A stretch of 64,000 nucleotides of DNA from Candidatus Omnitrophota bacterium (GTDB lineage: Bacteria > Hinthialibacterota > Hinthialibacteria > Hinthialibacterales > Hinthialibacteraceae). Where the stretch lies: the NCBI GenBank assembly GCA_016934335.1, contig JAFGTC010000316.1, forward strand, positions 5,488-69,487. The letters run 5' to 3'. The position numbers and the translations under genes are program-made. Of this stretch, positions 28,572-39,100 are shown piece by piece. The notes beneath the pieces were generated by a model, which saw only the letters and a list, made by a program, of their open reading frames with translations, ran no database searches and was not told where the DNA came from. Position 1 is the first letter of the stretch. The number at the start of each line of letters is the position of its first letter.

Positions 28572-28938
28572 GCTTGATGGTTCAATCTATACCTCCGCAT
28601 ACAGTAGCGCAAATTTCAGGAAAATCGAAACCGGCGCACTCGTTTTTACTGCGCCGTTCAACATTTCCATATTGCGCTTCATTGAAAACAAGCCAACGGC
28701 GGCGAAGATGCAAAAAAGCATAGAATTGAACCCTATCGGCGGAAAAATTCTCGATTTTGCCACGTAAAACTCATTCAAAAACGTTATTGCCGGTAAGATT
28801 GGCTCTAAAATCTATTCGCCGGCGCCCAATCCGTGATACATTATCCTGAAGGATAGGTCAATAAGACGGCGCGTCCGGGGGAAAATTGAATAGGCTTCGA
28901 TCCAAGTCAGCTTAGTTTCACTATCGAAGGAGCGGCTT

Positions 28939-29940
28939 ATGAGCGTTGAAGAAAGAACACAGCAATTTCGAGAGCGCTTTATTCATTTAAGACAGGAAAT
29001 CGGAAAGGTGATCGTCGGCAATGAAGACATTATCGACGGCGCATTGATCTGCCTGTTCGCCGGGGGGCACGCTTTGTTGGAAGGCGTTCCCGGGCTGGGG
29101 AAGACTCTGCTGGTTCGCACTATGTCCCAAGCGCTCGATCTCCAATTTTCTCGAATTCAATTCACGCCTGACTTGATGCCCGCCGACATCATCGGCACGA
29201 ATATGATCGATCAAGCCGACTCGGGGCGGCGCCAGTTCCGCTTCGAAAAAGGGCCGGTTTTCGCGAACGTGGTTCTCGCCGATGAGATCAATCGCGCCAC
29301 CCCCAAAACCCAATCGGCGCTGCTCGAGGCCATGCAGGAGCATCGCGTCACATCAGGCGGACAAACTTACACGCTCGAACAGCCCTTCGTTGTTCTAGCG
29401 ACCCAGAATCCTCTGGAAATGGAGGGCACTTACCCGCTGCCCGAAGCCCAACTGGACCGCTTCATGCTTAAATTGATCGTCGAATCGCCCACTCGCGAAG
29501 AACTGACCGAAGTCCTTAAGCGCACCACCGACCGCGAGGATCCTACGCCGGAGGTGATCATGGACGGTTCGCAGGTTCGCGAAATGCGGAGTCTGTGCCG
29601 CGAAGTCCCCATCGCCGCCCATGTCCGCGATTACGCCGTACGCTGCGTCCTGGCCACCCATCCTGGCGGCGAACATGCGACGGCCCTATCCAATCAATAC
29701 GTTCGCTACGGCGCCAGCCCGCGCGGAGCGCAAGCGCTCATTCTCGCGGGGAAAATTAAAGCTTTGCTGGATGATCGATACAACGTGAGTTTTGACGATA
29801 TTCGATCTATACTAAAATCCGCCTTGCGGCATCGCATCATTCTTAATTTCGAAGGAGAAGCGGAGGGAATCACCACGGATCGCATCTTGGATGATATTTT
29901 GGAAAATGTTCCAACCGTGGAAAAAACCGCCGCCGTCTGA
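28939..29940 (+). CDS. MoxR-family AAA+ ATPase
   Basis: Segments VIVGNEDIIDGALICLFAGGHALLEGVPGLGKT, DLMPADIIG, VLADEINRATPKTQSALLEAMQE. It has the typical MoxR length of 333 aa. Confidence 0.9.
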   Translation: MSVEERTQQFRERFIHLRQEIGKVIVGNEDIIDGALICLFAGGHALLEGVPGLGKTLLVRTMSQALDLQFSRIQFTPDLMPADIIGTNMIDQADSGRRQFRFEKGPVFANVVLADEINRATPKTQSALLEAMQEHRVTSGGQTYTLEQPFVVLATQNPLEMEGTYPLPEAQLDRFMLKLIVESPTREELTEVLKRTTDREDPTPEVIMDGSQVREMRSLCREVPIAAHVRDYAVRCVLATHPGGEHATALSNQYVRYGASPRGAQALILAGKIKALLDDRYNVSFDDIRSILKSALRHRIILNFEGEAEGITTDRILDDILENVPTVEKTAAV

Positions 29941-29951
29941 CAAAAAACTCT

Positions 29952-30590
29952 ATGGCCGGATTTTTCATCACAATCGAAGGCATTGAAGGCGCCGGAAAAA
30001 CGACAATTGCGAAGCGACTCGACGCATGGCTGCAGAGCAACGGATACAAGACGTTCTGCACCCGCGAACCGGGCGGCACGGAAATTGGCGAAACGCTGCG
30101 TGAATTGATCCTCAATGCGGAGCGCCCCTTGACCGTCCAGGCGGAGCTGCTATTGATTGAGGCGGCCCGCGCCCAGATCATGGATGAGGTGATTCTCCCC
30201 CGGCTGGAAGAGGGAATAACCGTCATTCTCGACCGCCACTGCGATTCGACGACGGCTTATCAAGGATACGGCAGGGGCGTCAATATCAACCTGATCAGCC
30301 AATGCAATTCGTTCGCCTGCCAGGGCCGCACACCCGATCTGACCATCCTTCTCGACGTCGATGTTAAAACCGGCCTGATGCGAGCCATGAAAGTTCGCGA
30401 ACGAGCGGGATTTCAGGATCGATTTGAAACGGAAGATATTGATTTTATGGAGCTTGTCAGAAAAGGCTTCTTGGAAATCGCCCGCCGCGAACCGTCCCGA
30501 GTCACAGTCGTTTCTTCCCAAGAAGATATCGACGTCGTCTGGGAGACGGTGATCGCCGACATCTCTAATTGTCTGATCCCCAAGTCGTAA
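29952..30590 (+). CDS. tmk: Thymidylate kinase
   Basis: Segments FITIEGIEGAGKTT, TREPGGTEIGE and DRHCDSTTAYQGYG. Confidence 0.9.
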   Translation: MAGFFITIEGIEGAGKTTIAKRLDAWLQSNGYKTFCTREPGGTEIGETLRELILNAERPLTVQAELLLIEAARAQIMDEVILPRLEEGITVILDRHCDSTTAYQGYGRGVNINLISQCNSFACQGRTPDLTILLDVDVKTGLMRAMKVRERAGFQDRFETEDIDFMELVRKGFLEIARREPSRVTVVSSQEDIDVVWETVIADISNCLIPKS

Positions 30591-30618
30591 AACTCACTTT
30601 GGAATGCTGTGGCTCGAT

Positions 30619-30864
30619 TCAAGCAATGATGTTAAGGCTTCGCCCAATCTCTCCACTGCTCCGAACCTTTTCCGCACTGCCGCCCCCGGCGACTTCTCCG
30701 ACAGTATCGATCGATGCGATGTCTTCTTTGACCTGCGACGCGATGCGTTCCGCCTGCTGATCGATCAATTGCTTCGCCTGGTCCATGACTTTAACCAACA
30801 ACATTCCCACAGCTGCTTGGGAATTCAAAGATTGGGTCATGGTTGAAATATTCATTCTATCCAC
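30619..30864 (-). CDS. Small protein resembling the YjfB-like putative motility protein family
   Basis: 81 aa. N-terminus MNISTMTQSLNSQAAVGMLLVKVMDQAKQLIDQQAERI follows the MxIS..S.SQA......L..KKAMD...QG..LL pattern of YjfB-type proteins. Confidence 0.4.
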   Translation of the reverse strand: MDRMNISTMTQSLNSQAAVGMLLVKVMDQAKQLIDQQAERIASQVKEDIASIDTVGEVAGGGSAEKVRSSGEIGRSLNIIA

Positions 30865-30984
30865 TCATGAATCCTAGACTCCCTCTTCGTCGATTATCGA
30901 CCGAGCCCTCTGAAACTTGAGTTTTTTGAAGAATTAATAAGGTTTTATATACATTCGCATAAAAAAACAACGCCCGAAAATCTC

Positions 30985-31692
30985 TTGTCAGAGGCCGGTT
31001 CGAGATACAATATCCACCAAAAGGAAGCAGCGAAGATTGAATTTAACAACCGCTCAGGATGGATAATGCGAAATCCAACATGGAAAATTATTCATATCGG
31101 CCGTCTCGGCGCCAATCGCTATTGGGGGGAGAAAGAAATCCGCCGAGACCAGACTTGCACAATTACATTGATCGAGACGGATAGCCGCCGTATTCTGGTC
31201 GATCCGGGAACGCCGGCGCCTGAAAATTTACAAAGCGCTCTGTTTAATCGGTCAGGCTTGCGGCCTGAGGACGTTGATACTGTTTTTCTGACTCATTTTC
31301 ACTCAACCCATAGGAAAAACCTGACGCTTTTCAGCAAATCGGTCTGGATGATGTCGCGCACGGAAATCCGCCGGCGGCATCGAAACAATGACGCCTCCGA
31401 AGATGAGAAAGACATCCTCGCCCGCATTGTTCCTATTGAAGATCACTCGATCCATCAGATCGAACTGCTGCCGACGCCCGGCCATACCCACGGTTCGGCT
31501 TCACTGCTCTTCGAAACCCGCGAAGGCATGGTGGTCGCCGCCGGAGATGCTGCGCCGACTTTCGATCATTTCGACGATCGTCAGCCGTCTGAAAATGCTG
31601 AAGACCCCCGCGAGGCGCGTCGCTCCATCGATCAAATCGCCAAAATCGCCGACATCGTCATCCCCGGCCACGACAACTTTTTTGTGGTGTGA
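30985..31692 (+). CDS. MBL-fold metallo-hydrolase
   Basis: Segments LTHFHSTH, PTPGHTHGS and VIPGHD. The true start may be the internal Met at 31066. Confidence 0.7.
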   Translation: MSEAGSRYNIHQKEAAKIEFNNRSGWIMRNPTWKIIHIGRLGANRYWGEKEIRRDQTCTITLIETDSRRILVDPGTPAPENLQSALFNRSGLRPEDVDTVFLTHFHSTHRKNLTLFSKSVWMMSRTEIRRRHRNNDASEDEKDILARIVPIEDHSIHQIELLPTPGHTHGSASLLFETREGMVVAAGDAAPTFDHFDDRQPSENAEDPREARRSIDQIAKIADIVIPGHDNFFVV

Positions 31693-31836
31693 GCGTAAAT
31701 ATTACGCACTCCGAATCCAGCCGTATTTTCCTGCCACTATACATAAAATTAGCGCTTTGTAAATACTATTTTCGCTTTTTTGTTGATTTATCTGTCTCAG
31801 GAGGTTTATCTTATGAACTTGGATTCAATGGACTCT

Positions 31837-32454
31837 TTACAGTTCCGTTCTGGAGGATAGAGCCATTGCCAGAGTGGTTTCGTCAGCGTATTCGAGATCG
31901 CTGCCGGAGGGGAGGCCGCGAGCCAGGCGGGTTACTTTGACATCTTTTTCTTTGAGGATTTCCTGCAGATAGACGGCGGTGGCGTCGCCTTCCATGGTGG
32001 GATTGGTGGCGAGGATCACTTCCCGAATGGGCGCCTTCACGCGATGGAGCAGTTTCGTGACGCCGATCTCGTCGGGGCCGATGCCGTCGATGGGCGACAG
32101 CGCGCCGCCGAGAATGTGGTAGACCCCTTTGAACTTGCCGGTGCGTTCGAGCGCCAGCATATCCTGGGGCTGCTCGACGACGCAAAGAAGGCTGGAATCG
32201 CGCCCGACGCCCTGACAGATGATGCAGGGATCCGTCTGGGCGAAATTGCCGCAGGACGAACACTGCCGCACTTCATCGCGCAGCTGCTCCAAGGCGTGGA
32301 TCAGGTCGCCGATTTCCTGCTTCCCCCGCTTGAGGAGAGCGTAAGTCAGGCGCATGGCCATGCGCGGGCCGATGCCCGGCAGTCGAGCCAATTGCTTGGC
32401 CGTATTTTCGACGGCGGGCATCCACGATAACGGGCGGTCGCTGCGCAGGTTCAT
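31837..32454 (-). CDS. recR: Recombination protein RecR
   Basis: HhH LARLPGIGPRMAMRL. Zn finger CSSCGNFAQTDPCIIC. Toprim VVEQPQDMLALERTG. Confidence 0.9.
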   Translation of the reverse strand: MNLRSDRPLSWMPAVENTAKQLARLPGIGPRMAMRLTYALLKRGKQEIGDLIHALEQLRDEVRQCSSCGNFAQTDPCIICQGVGRDSSLLCVVEQPQDMLALERTGKFKGVYHILGGALSPIDGIGPDEIGVTKLLHRVKAPIREVILATNPTMEGDATAVYLQEILKEKDVKVTRLARGLPSGSDLEYADETTLAMALSSRTEL

Positions 32455-32783
32455 AAATCCATTCCTGGAATGGGCAGCCCCCCGGTGATGGAGGACATGC
32501 GCTCTTTGACCAGTTCCTGAACCCGATCCTGCGCTTCGTTGACGGCGACCAGGATCAAGTCTTCCAACATGCCGACATCCTCCGGACTGACGACGGTGGG
32601 ATCGATCTTAAGAGATACTATTTTCTGTTTGCCGTTCATGACGACGGAGATCATCCCCCCGCCCGAGCTGGCGCTGACCTGTTCTTTTTCCAGTTCATCC
32701 TTCAATTCGGTCAGTTTTTTCTGCATGCCTTGCGCCTGTTTCATCAAGTTGGCGATATTTCCAAGATTTCCTAGTCCTTTCAT
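32451..32783 (-). CDS. ybaB: Nucleoid-associated protein YbaB/EbfC
   Basis: MKGLGNLGNIANLMKQAQGMQKKLTELKDEL...GGGMISVVMNGKQKIVSLKID. Start chosen at the internal Met. It sits between dnaX and recR as in most bacteria. Confidence 0.85.
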   Translation of the reverse strand: MKGLGNLGNIANLMKQAQGMQKKLTELKDELEKEQVSASSGGGMISVVMNGKQKIVSLKIDPTVVSPEDVGMLEDLILVAVNEAQDRVQELVKERMSSITGGLPIPGMDL

Positions 32784-32895
32784 CGGACTCTCCTTTTCAA
32801 ATGCATTACGCGGCTTTCCATTCATCTCCTGAATGGAAATATTTTGCCGCCGGATCATCGTAAGCGATCAACCCGGCCTGAATGGAGCGCCTTGT

Positions 32896-34761
32896 TTAAT
32901 TCGAGCGCTCCGGTTTGATGTCGACGACTCGCCCCGGCATCTCTTCCATCAGTTTACTGAATATTTTGTTTTGTTGCACCTTCTCCATCAATTCCTTCCG
33001 GGACAGCGCCGGCGTCGTGGAAGGAGAATCGGCGGAAGGCTTTTTGGTAAGATTCAGATCGTCGCGCGGTTCACAGCGCAGCGTCAATTTTTTCCCGAAC
33101 GATTGTTGAATAAGCCCGGCCAGAATTTCACGGTTATTGGGCCTCTCTATCGTGCGCAGGCTGTACATGTTATCGGAAGGAATGGCGATCTGCAGAACAT
33201 CGCCGTTGATATCCAGGGCGATGCTTCCTTCCAAGGCGCCCGCAAGCATGGGATTTTCTCCCTCCAACTCTTTGAGGAATTGCCGCCAAATCGTATTGAG
33301 CGAATCGCTTGTATTAAGAGATTCATTTGCGCCGGCGCTCGTTTCAAGCGGCGCGGAATTCGCCTCCTCATGCTGATCGACAGGCGGCTCAGAATTTTCA
33401 TACGCTTCGAGAGGAGGAATAGACTCATTCAGCAGTTCGGTCTGCTTGGCGGGCGGATCGGCCGTCTTGGGGGGCGATTGAGTTGATGCTGAAACCGGCG
33501 TCGCGTGAGAAGATGCCGAGCCTGAAGATGCCGAGCCTGAAGACGCCGAGGGAGAAAACGCCGCGGCAGAGGGCGCCTCGGGGATGTTGATCGCAGCGCC
33601 GCCGCCCGCAGAGATTTTCTGAAGCAGATCTTCGATTTTGATCGCCTGGCCTGCTTTCGCCGCTTTGAGAGAGGCCATTTCCATAATAATGCGGCCCATG
33701 GATGAATTGCGGATGCGAATCTCGGCGTCCCACAATTGGTCGGTCATATAGAGAATTTGTTCAAGCGGCGTCAGAGCGGCGGTTTCCATCAGTTGTTTAC
33801 GATATTCGTCAGGGAGATCGAGGAGATCCACATTTTGAGCCGACACTTTAATCACCGCTAAATTCCGCAGAAACTGCAGACATTCGCTCAGGAAAAACGC
33901 CATTTCCTTTCCCTGATTGGCGAGTTTTTCGATAACTTCGAGAATCACAGGAAGATCGTGTTGGATGAGAGCGCGAATGTAGCGATCCAGCAAATCGAAT
34001 TCGATCGCTCCCATAACCTCTTCGACTTCCGGCAGATCCAGTTTTCCGGAGCAGAAAGCGATTAACTGGTCGAGCGAGAAGAGCGCATCGCGCAGGCATC
34101 CCTCCGATGATCGGGCCAAAAGGAAGAGAATGCGATCCAACTGCGAGGGATCGGCGAGTTCGATTTCGGGCTGCTGCTCAAGAATATAGCGCAGATGCTC
34201 GACGATGATCTGCGACGGAATGCGGCGAAACGGAAACCGCTGGCAGCGCGACAGGATCGTAGGCAGAATTTTCTGCAGTTCCGTCGTCGCCAAGATGAAG
34301 CGGCAATGCGCCGGCGGCTCTTCGAGCGTTTTCAGCAGGGCGTTGTTGGCCGCCTGGGAAAGCATGTGGCATTCGTCGATGATGTAGATCTTAAAACGGC
34401 CCAGAGACGGCGTGAAGCGGGCGTTCTCCCGCAGTTCGCGTATATTATCTACGCCGGTGTTGGAGGCGGCGTCGATTTCCAAAATATCGGGATGGATTCC
34501 TTGAGTGATCATGCGGCAGGTCTCGCACTGCCCGCAAGGATCTCCGTCCTTGAGATTTTCACAATTAAGCGCTTTGGCCAGAATGCGCGCCGTGGTGGTC
34601 TTTCCCGTGCCGCGGGGGCCGGAAAAAAGATAGGCGTTGGCGATGCGGCCCCGCTTCAGGCTGTGTTGAAGCGTGCGGGTGATGTGATCCTGCGCAAGCA
34701 CTTCGGCGAAGGTGTTGGGACGATACTTTATCGCAGAGACAATATAATTGGATGATGCCAT
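32896..34761 (-). CDS. dnaX: DNA polymerase III subunit gamma/tau
   Basis: KYRPNTFAEVLAQDHITRTLQ. Walker A FSGPRGTGKTTTARILAKALNCE. Zn module CGQCETC. DEAD-like IYIIDECHMLS. Start set at MASSNYIV. Confidence 0.9.
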   Translation of the reverse strand: MASSNYIVSAIKYRPNTFAEVLAQDHITRTLQHSLKRGRIANAYLFSGPRGTGKTTTARILAKALNCENLKDGDPCGQCETCRMITQGIHPDILEIDAASNTGVDNIRELRENARFTPSLGRFKIYIIDECHMLSQAANNALLKTLEEPPAHCRFILATTELQKILPTILSRCQRFPFRRIPSQIIVEHLRYILEQQPEIELADPSQLDRILFLLARSSEGCLRDALFSLDQLIAFCSGKLDLPEVEEVMGAIEFDLLDRYIRALIQHDLPVILEVIEKLANQGKEMAFFLSECLQFLRNLAVIKVSAQNVDLLDLPDEYRKQLMETAALTPLEQILYMTDQLWDAEIRIRNSSMGRIIMEMASLKAAKAGQAIKIEDLLQKISAGGGAAINIPEAPSAAAFSPSASSGSASSGSASSHATPVSASTQSPPKTADPPAKQTELLNESIPPLEAYENSEPPVDQHEEANSAPLETSAGANESLNTSDSLNTIWRQFLKELEGENPMLAGALEGSIALDINGDVLQIAIPSDNMYSLRTIERPNNREILAGLIQQSFGKKLTLRCEPRDDLNLTKKPSADSPSTTPALSRKELMEKVQQNKIFSKLMEEMPGRVVDIKPERSN

Positions 34762-34869
34762 GAGGGAACTTTTCCCAACGTAATGTACAGCCAGCCAGAG
34801 GCTAAACGCCCCCATCGGAAAAGCGCAGCGTCAAGCAAATATTCCGTATGCTTTATTTCAGCATATATT

Positions 34870-34972
34870 AAAGAGGCCGGGAACCCACGGCACATGCCGG
34901 GCATCGCTTAAGGCTGCTCCCTTTCGGGCCTGACCTAGTTCACAAGCCGACATTGCGCAGGCCCCGACCAAA
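34870..34972 (-). ncRNA. ffs: Signal recognition particle RNA (small/4.5S type)
   Basis: The minus strand reads GGUCGGGGCCUGCGCAAUGUCGGCUUGUGAACUAGGUCAGGCCCGAAAGGGAGCAGCCUUAAGCGAUGCCCGGCAUGUGCCGUGGGUUCCCGGCC. It contains the conserved domain IV core AGGUCAGG-CCC-GAAA-GGG-AGCAGCC with a GNRA tetraloop. The 5' GGGGCC can pair with the 3' GGUUCC. It lies immediately upstream of dnaX, which is the classic position. Confidence 0.65.
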
Positions 34973-35034
34973 ATGAATCTCTTTACGTTCTTCGAAAGTG
35001 ATGGGATACACCCATCTCTCTCACGCAGATGATT

Positions 35035-35763
35035 TTAGGCGGATTTCTCGTAATCTGAAAGCGGTACGATCTTTACGCTCTTCACCGTCACCGGCTTGAT
35101 GGGAAGGCTGTTTTCGCCCGAGGGGCTGCGCGTCACGGCCGCTGTGGCGATTTTATCCAAAACATCCATGCCCTCGATCAATTCGCCGAAGACCGTGTAT
35201 TGGCCGTCGAGCTTGGCCGCGCGCCCGTGGCAGATGAAGAATTGACTGCCGGCGCTGTCGGGATTGCTGCTGCGCGCCATGGAAAGCGTCCCTTTGACAT
35301 GAGGCATGTTGTTAAATTCCGCCTTGATGTTATAGCCGGGGCCGCCGGTTCCCCAGCGACGAACGTCGTCTTCTTTGGAATTGGGATCGCCGCCCTGAAT
35401 CATAAAGCCTTTGATGACCCGGTGAAAGCGCGTTCCATCGAAAAAACCCTGACGGGCCAGTTTTTTAAAGTTTTCGACATGACCAGGAGCGACGTCGGGG
35501 AAAAAACGAAGAACCATCACCCCTAACGACGTCTCCATAACGGCCGCTTCTTCGATCTGTTTTTCGGGCACGGCGGGCTCCTTTTCTAGAACGATCTCCT
35601 GCTGAACCGCCTCCTTTTCAACGGCGGGCGCCTCAGCGGTCGGCTTTTCCGTGACTTCTTGATTTTTCTGGATTGAATTATTCGAGTTGGAGCAGGCAAA
35701 AATTAATCCGAGCCCCACGACCAGACTCATGGTTCGAAGCCAATGAAAAACGTTCTGTTTCAT
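35035..35763 (-). CDS. Cyclophilin-type peptidyl-prolyl cis-trans isomerase, secreted/lipoprotein
   Basis: Segments FHRVIKGFMIQGGD, GTLSMARSSNPDSAGSQFFI and DGQYTVFGELIEGMDVLDKI. Signal peptide MKQNVFHWLRTMSLVVGLGLIFACS. Start set at the internal Met. Confidence 0.85.
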   Translation of the reverse strand: MKQNVFHWLRTMSLVVGLGLIFACSNSNNSIQKNQEVTEKPTAEAPAVEKEAVQQEIVLEKEPAVPEKQIEEAAVMETSLGVMVLRFFPDVAPGHVENFKKLARQGFFDGTRFHRVIKGFMIQGGDPNSKEDDVRRWGTGGPGYNIKAEFNNMPHVKGTLSMARSSNPDSAGSQFFICHGRAAKLDGQYTVFGELIEGMDVLDKIATAAVTRSPSGENSLPIKPVTVKSVKIVPLSDYEKSA

Positions 35764-36154
35764 TGTTAAGATCCTCATTTCACTCATTTTCGATATTTGA
35801 GAATTGATAGTCATGAACGAAATGTTTATTCGATTGCGCCAAGATCGCTTTTCTTGACTATGAGTGAAGACTGTACTCAAAGAGCGGCATGTATGCAAGG
35901 GTTAGAGATTTGATCTCCATGAAAGCCCGATACGATCACCGATCGCACAAAGATGAAATTTTTTTTTCATGACGACTTTGGCCGATTCTCTCAAGTTGCT
36001 TGATTTCGTCGCGCCAGAGGAGAGAATTTCTTGAATGGATAATCGTTGAAATTCTGATATGATTGAATTTTAAGGGAATTATCGAAAAAGTGATTCTCTT
36101 GGCCTGTTTTTTCCTCCCGTATTTCAGAAAAAAACTCCGGCTAGGGATCGGGAA

Positions 36155-39100
36155 ATGAGACAGCGGCAGCTTTTTTTTGTTTACTTTTTATTGATTTTCG
36201 CCACTCTGCACCGCGGGATGGATTCCTGCGCCGAAATGCGGAGCACCCGACACCATGACGCCTCTCATTTCGCGTCTGCATGGACGTCCGGTTTACCGAA
36301 TCAATCTGCAGATCCCCATTTAATCCGCTTGTTCGCCTGGACTTATCGCCGGGACGATTCCACTCAGCCGCCGGTTTTATGGCGGTTCAATCGCTTGGAG
36401 AAGCAACCCGAAATATCCTGGGGCGCTCTGCCGGAGGGGAGCGAGTATTCGAACATAACGGCGGCGCACGGACGGCTTTGGGTATATGTACAAAACGAAG
36501 ACGGGTGGAGCCTCTTTTCTGCCGGCATGAACGCGGAATCCGCCCAATGGCGCCCGGCGAGTTCCAATATCAATGAAAATATAGAAAGTTTCTTTCTCGA
36601 TTCTAACGCCGATCCCCTGTTGATTTTGGAGAAAAATGGGAAATGGTTCGTTCGGACGGGGGGTTTTACCGGCGGGGGGGAGGCGTTGCGATGGGATGCG
36701 ATGCGAGAGATTTCTCTGTTCGAAAAGAATCAATTGACGCGTGAGGCAAAAAAAGAGGATGCGGCGCGCGACATGGTCGGTGAATTTGACCTCCGTTCCC
36801 AAGCGATTCTGCTGGCGTTTTCATGCAAGGAAAACAGGCGGGATGCTGTAAAAATCCGCTATCGAATCAGCGCCGGCAAAACCCGGTCTTATGGCCCCTG
36901 GAGCGAACCGCTGCCCGACTCCGTCATCCAACTTAACCAGCGCGGACGTTACTTTCAATATCAGATTTCTTCTGCGCCGGCGAGCGGGCAAGACGCACTC
37001 ACCTTACCGAATTTGGAATTAATCTACACATTCGATGAGTCCGAACCGCAAAACGAAGCCAAGTCCGTCAAATCCGAAGGCCGGCCGGGAAAAGGCGGAT
37101 CGAGCGCCGGCGCCGGGTTGGGAGCAGCAGTAGGATCAAGCGGTCTTACGGCCGAGGCTGGCGCGGCGGGCGCCGCTGTTTTGGAAAACGCCGGCGATGG
37201 GATGACAAGCGCCGGCGCCGGAAGCGAATCGTCTGATTCTCCTGCAAAAACCGGCGCCGCCGATTCCGGCGATCCGGGAGCAAGTAATTCTCAGGATCAA
37301 ACGCCAGCCGCTTCGCCGGCTCAAGAAGAAAATCCATCTGAAATTGAATCCGACCGGCAGGACGATCAACAAGAAGCAAGCGCCACACTCTCCGGCGATT
37401 CCGCCCTGCAAGAAGAAGATTTTTCACAGGAAGATGCGAAAGAAAAAAATCCCGAAGAAGAGCGCTCAAACCAAACCGAGAACGGCGCATCCCTTCAACC
37501 TCCACCCAATGAACCGGACGCAGATGGTGATTCTTCAGAAGCATCTCCCGAAAGCGAACCGACCGATCCGCAAAGTGTTCCGGATGCGGATCCCGGCCAG
37601 CCCGAATCGACGCCCGACGCCGATCCTCGAAGCCCGGCGTCGTCTCCCTCGTCAAATCCTCCCCATTCTCCTCAAAACCAGCCATTATCCCAAGAGAATC
37701 CTCCTGACGGCGGCGTTGCAGACGATGAGAAAATAGGCGCCGGCAGAGAGACGAACGTTGAATCCGGCTTGAGTGATCATGAAGATCAAGAATCGTCAGC
37801 GCCGGCAATGGATAACCGGAACAAAGCGGGGAAAGGTAAAAAAACCACGGCAGGGCAAGAAAAAACAACGCCGTCATCCGGCATAAATGAAACCAATGAA
37901 TCAGCTGGAGATGCAAAAGAACACAACCCTACGCCGCCGGCGGCGAATCGAGATCAGCTGCAAACGAATCGCGAACCGGCGTCTTTGTCCAACGCATCTC
38001 CTCAAAAAGGCTTCACCGGCGCCAATCAACCGGGCGTTGAGAATACTATTCCACCCGGAGAAGAAGACGGCGCTTCAAACAATGGACATGCAAACTCATC
38101 CTTATCGCCCTCCGATTTCCGGGATCTTCCAAATTCAGCCGGCGAATCTTTGAACAGCCGCCCTGCAGCATTCGCTTCTTCAGGCGGAGCAAGTACAAAC
38201 GCCTCCCGGGTAAAGCAGGCCTCGCCGGAAATTTCGGAAGAAGGCTCGGGATCCAGCGGAACATTGGAAGGGACATGGAAAGAGAGGAATAAGTCATCCT
38301 GGCTGCTGCTCGTTCTTATCATACTTGCGGCGTCCTACGCCGCTTACCGCCTGATGCGCCAATCTCGCACGAAAGGCGCCCCTGTTGAAGTAGATGTTCA
38401 AAATGAAAATTGGCGCGAAGGATGGATTGAAGACCGCCAGGAGCAAAGCGGCGTCTGGGAGGCTGTTCTGCATTTCCATCCCGACGTTAAAGCGGCCAAT
38501 TTAAGCGGCGGCGTCCTTCTGCTCATGAATCAAAATCATGCCGTCAAAAAAGTATCGCTCCCCGATCTATGGTTCCCAAAACCGGCGGAAGAAGAAAACA
38601 ATCCGACTGAAGCCATAGTAAATTTAAAAGCACCAATCGACAGCGCGCAGATGGCGAAATACAGAAACAACTTATTTGTGTTCGGCATAGATTCTCACGG
38701 GCAGGAGAAAGCCCTGCACATTGCGCTTCCCGCCGGCGAAAAAGCAATGAAGGGCAGGAAGATTTCTCATCCAAGCGGATTGCAATCGATCCGCTCCCTC
38801 AAAGCAGACGGCGACATTTTATGGGCGCTGGGCGAAGCCCCGGACGGTCTTCGTGTTTTGGCCGCTTCCATGGGATTTTTAAAAGGGCGTGCCTGGCGCG
38901 AAGAATCCCCGGCCGCGTTGGATAAGGGAGAAATAATAGCGCTTTCCAGCGGCGAAGAAACGATGATCGCTGGAATTCCCGACAAGGATCGAGATCATTT
39001 GTGGATCTTTCAGCAGGAAAAAAACCGGCAAGGGCGATGGCGCGCGGCAGTCAAAACCCGCTTTAACCAAAAAAACGTTCTTCTTTATGCGGCCAGGAAT

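Noticed and set aside
32896-34761. Programmed -1 ribosomal frameshift site in dnaX (as in E. coli tau/gamma)
   Set aside because: I could not find an A-AAA-AAG or similar slippery heptamer followed by a stem-loop in the coding strand. Many bacteria make only tau. I cannot exclude it without a systematic scan.
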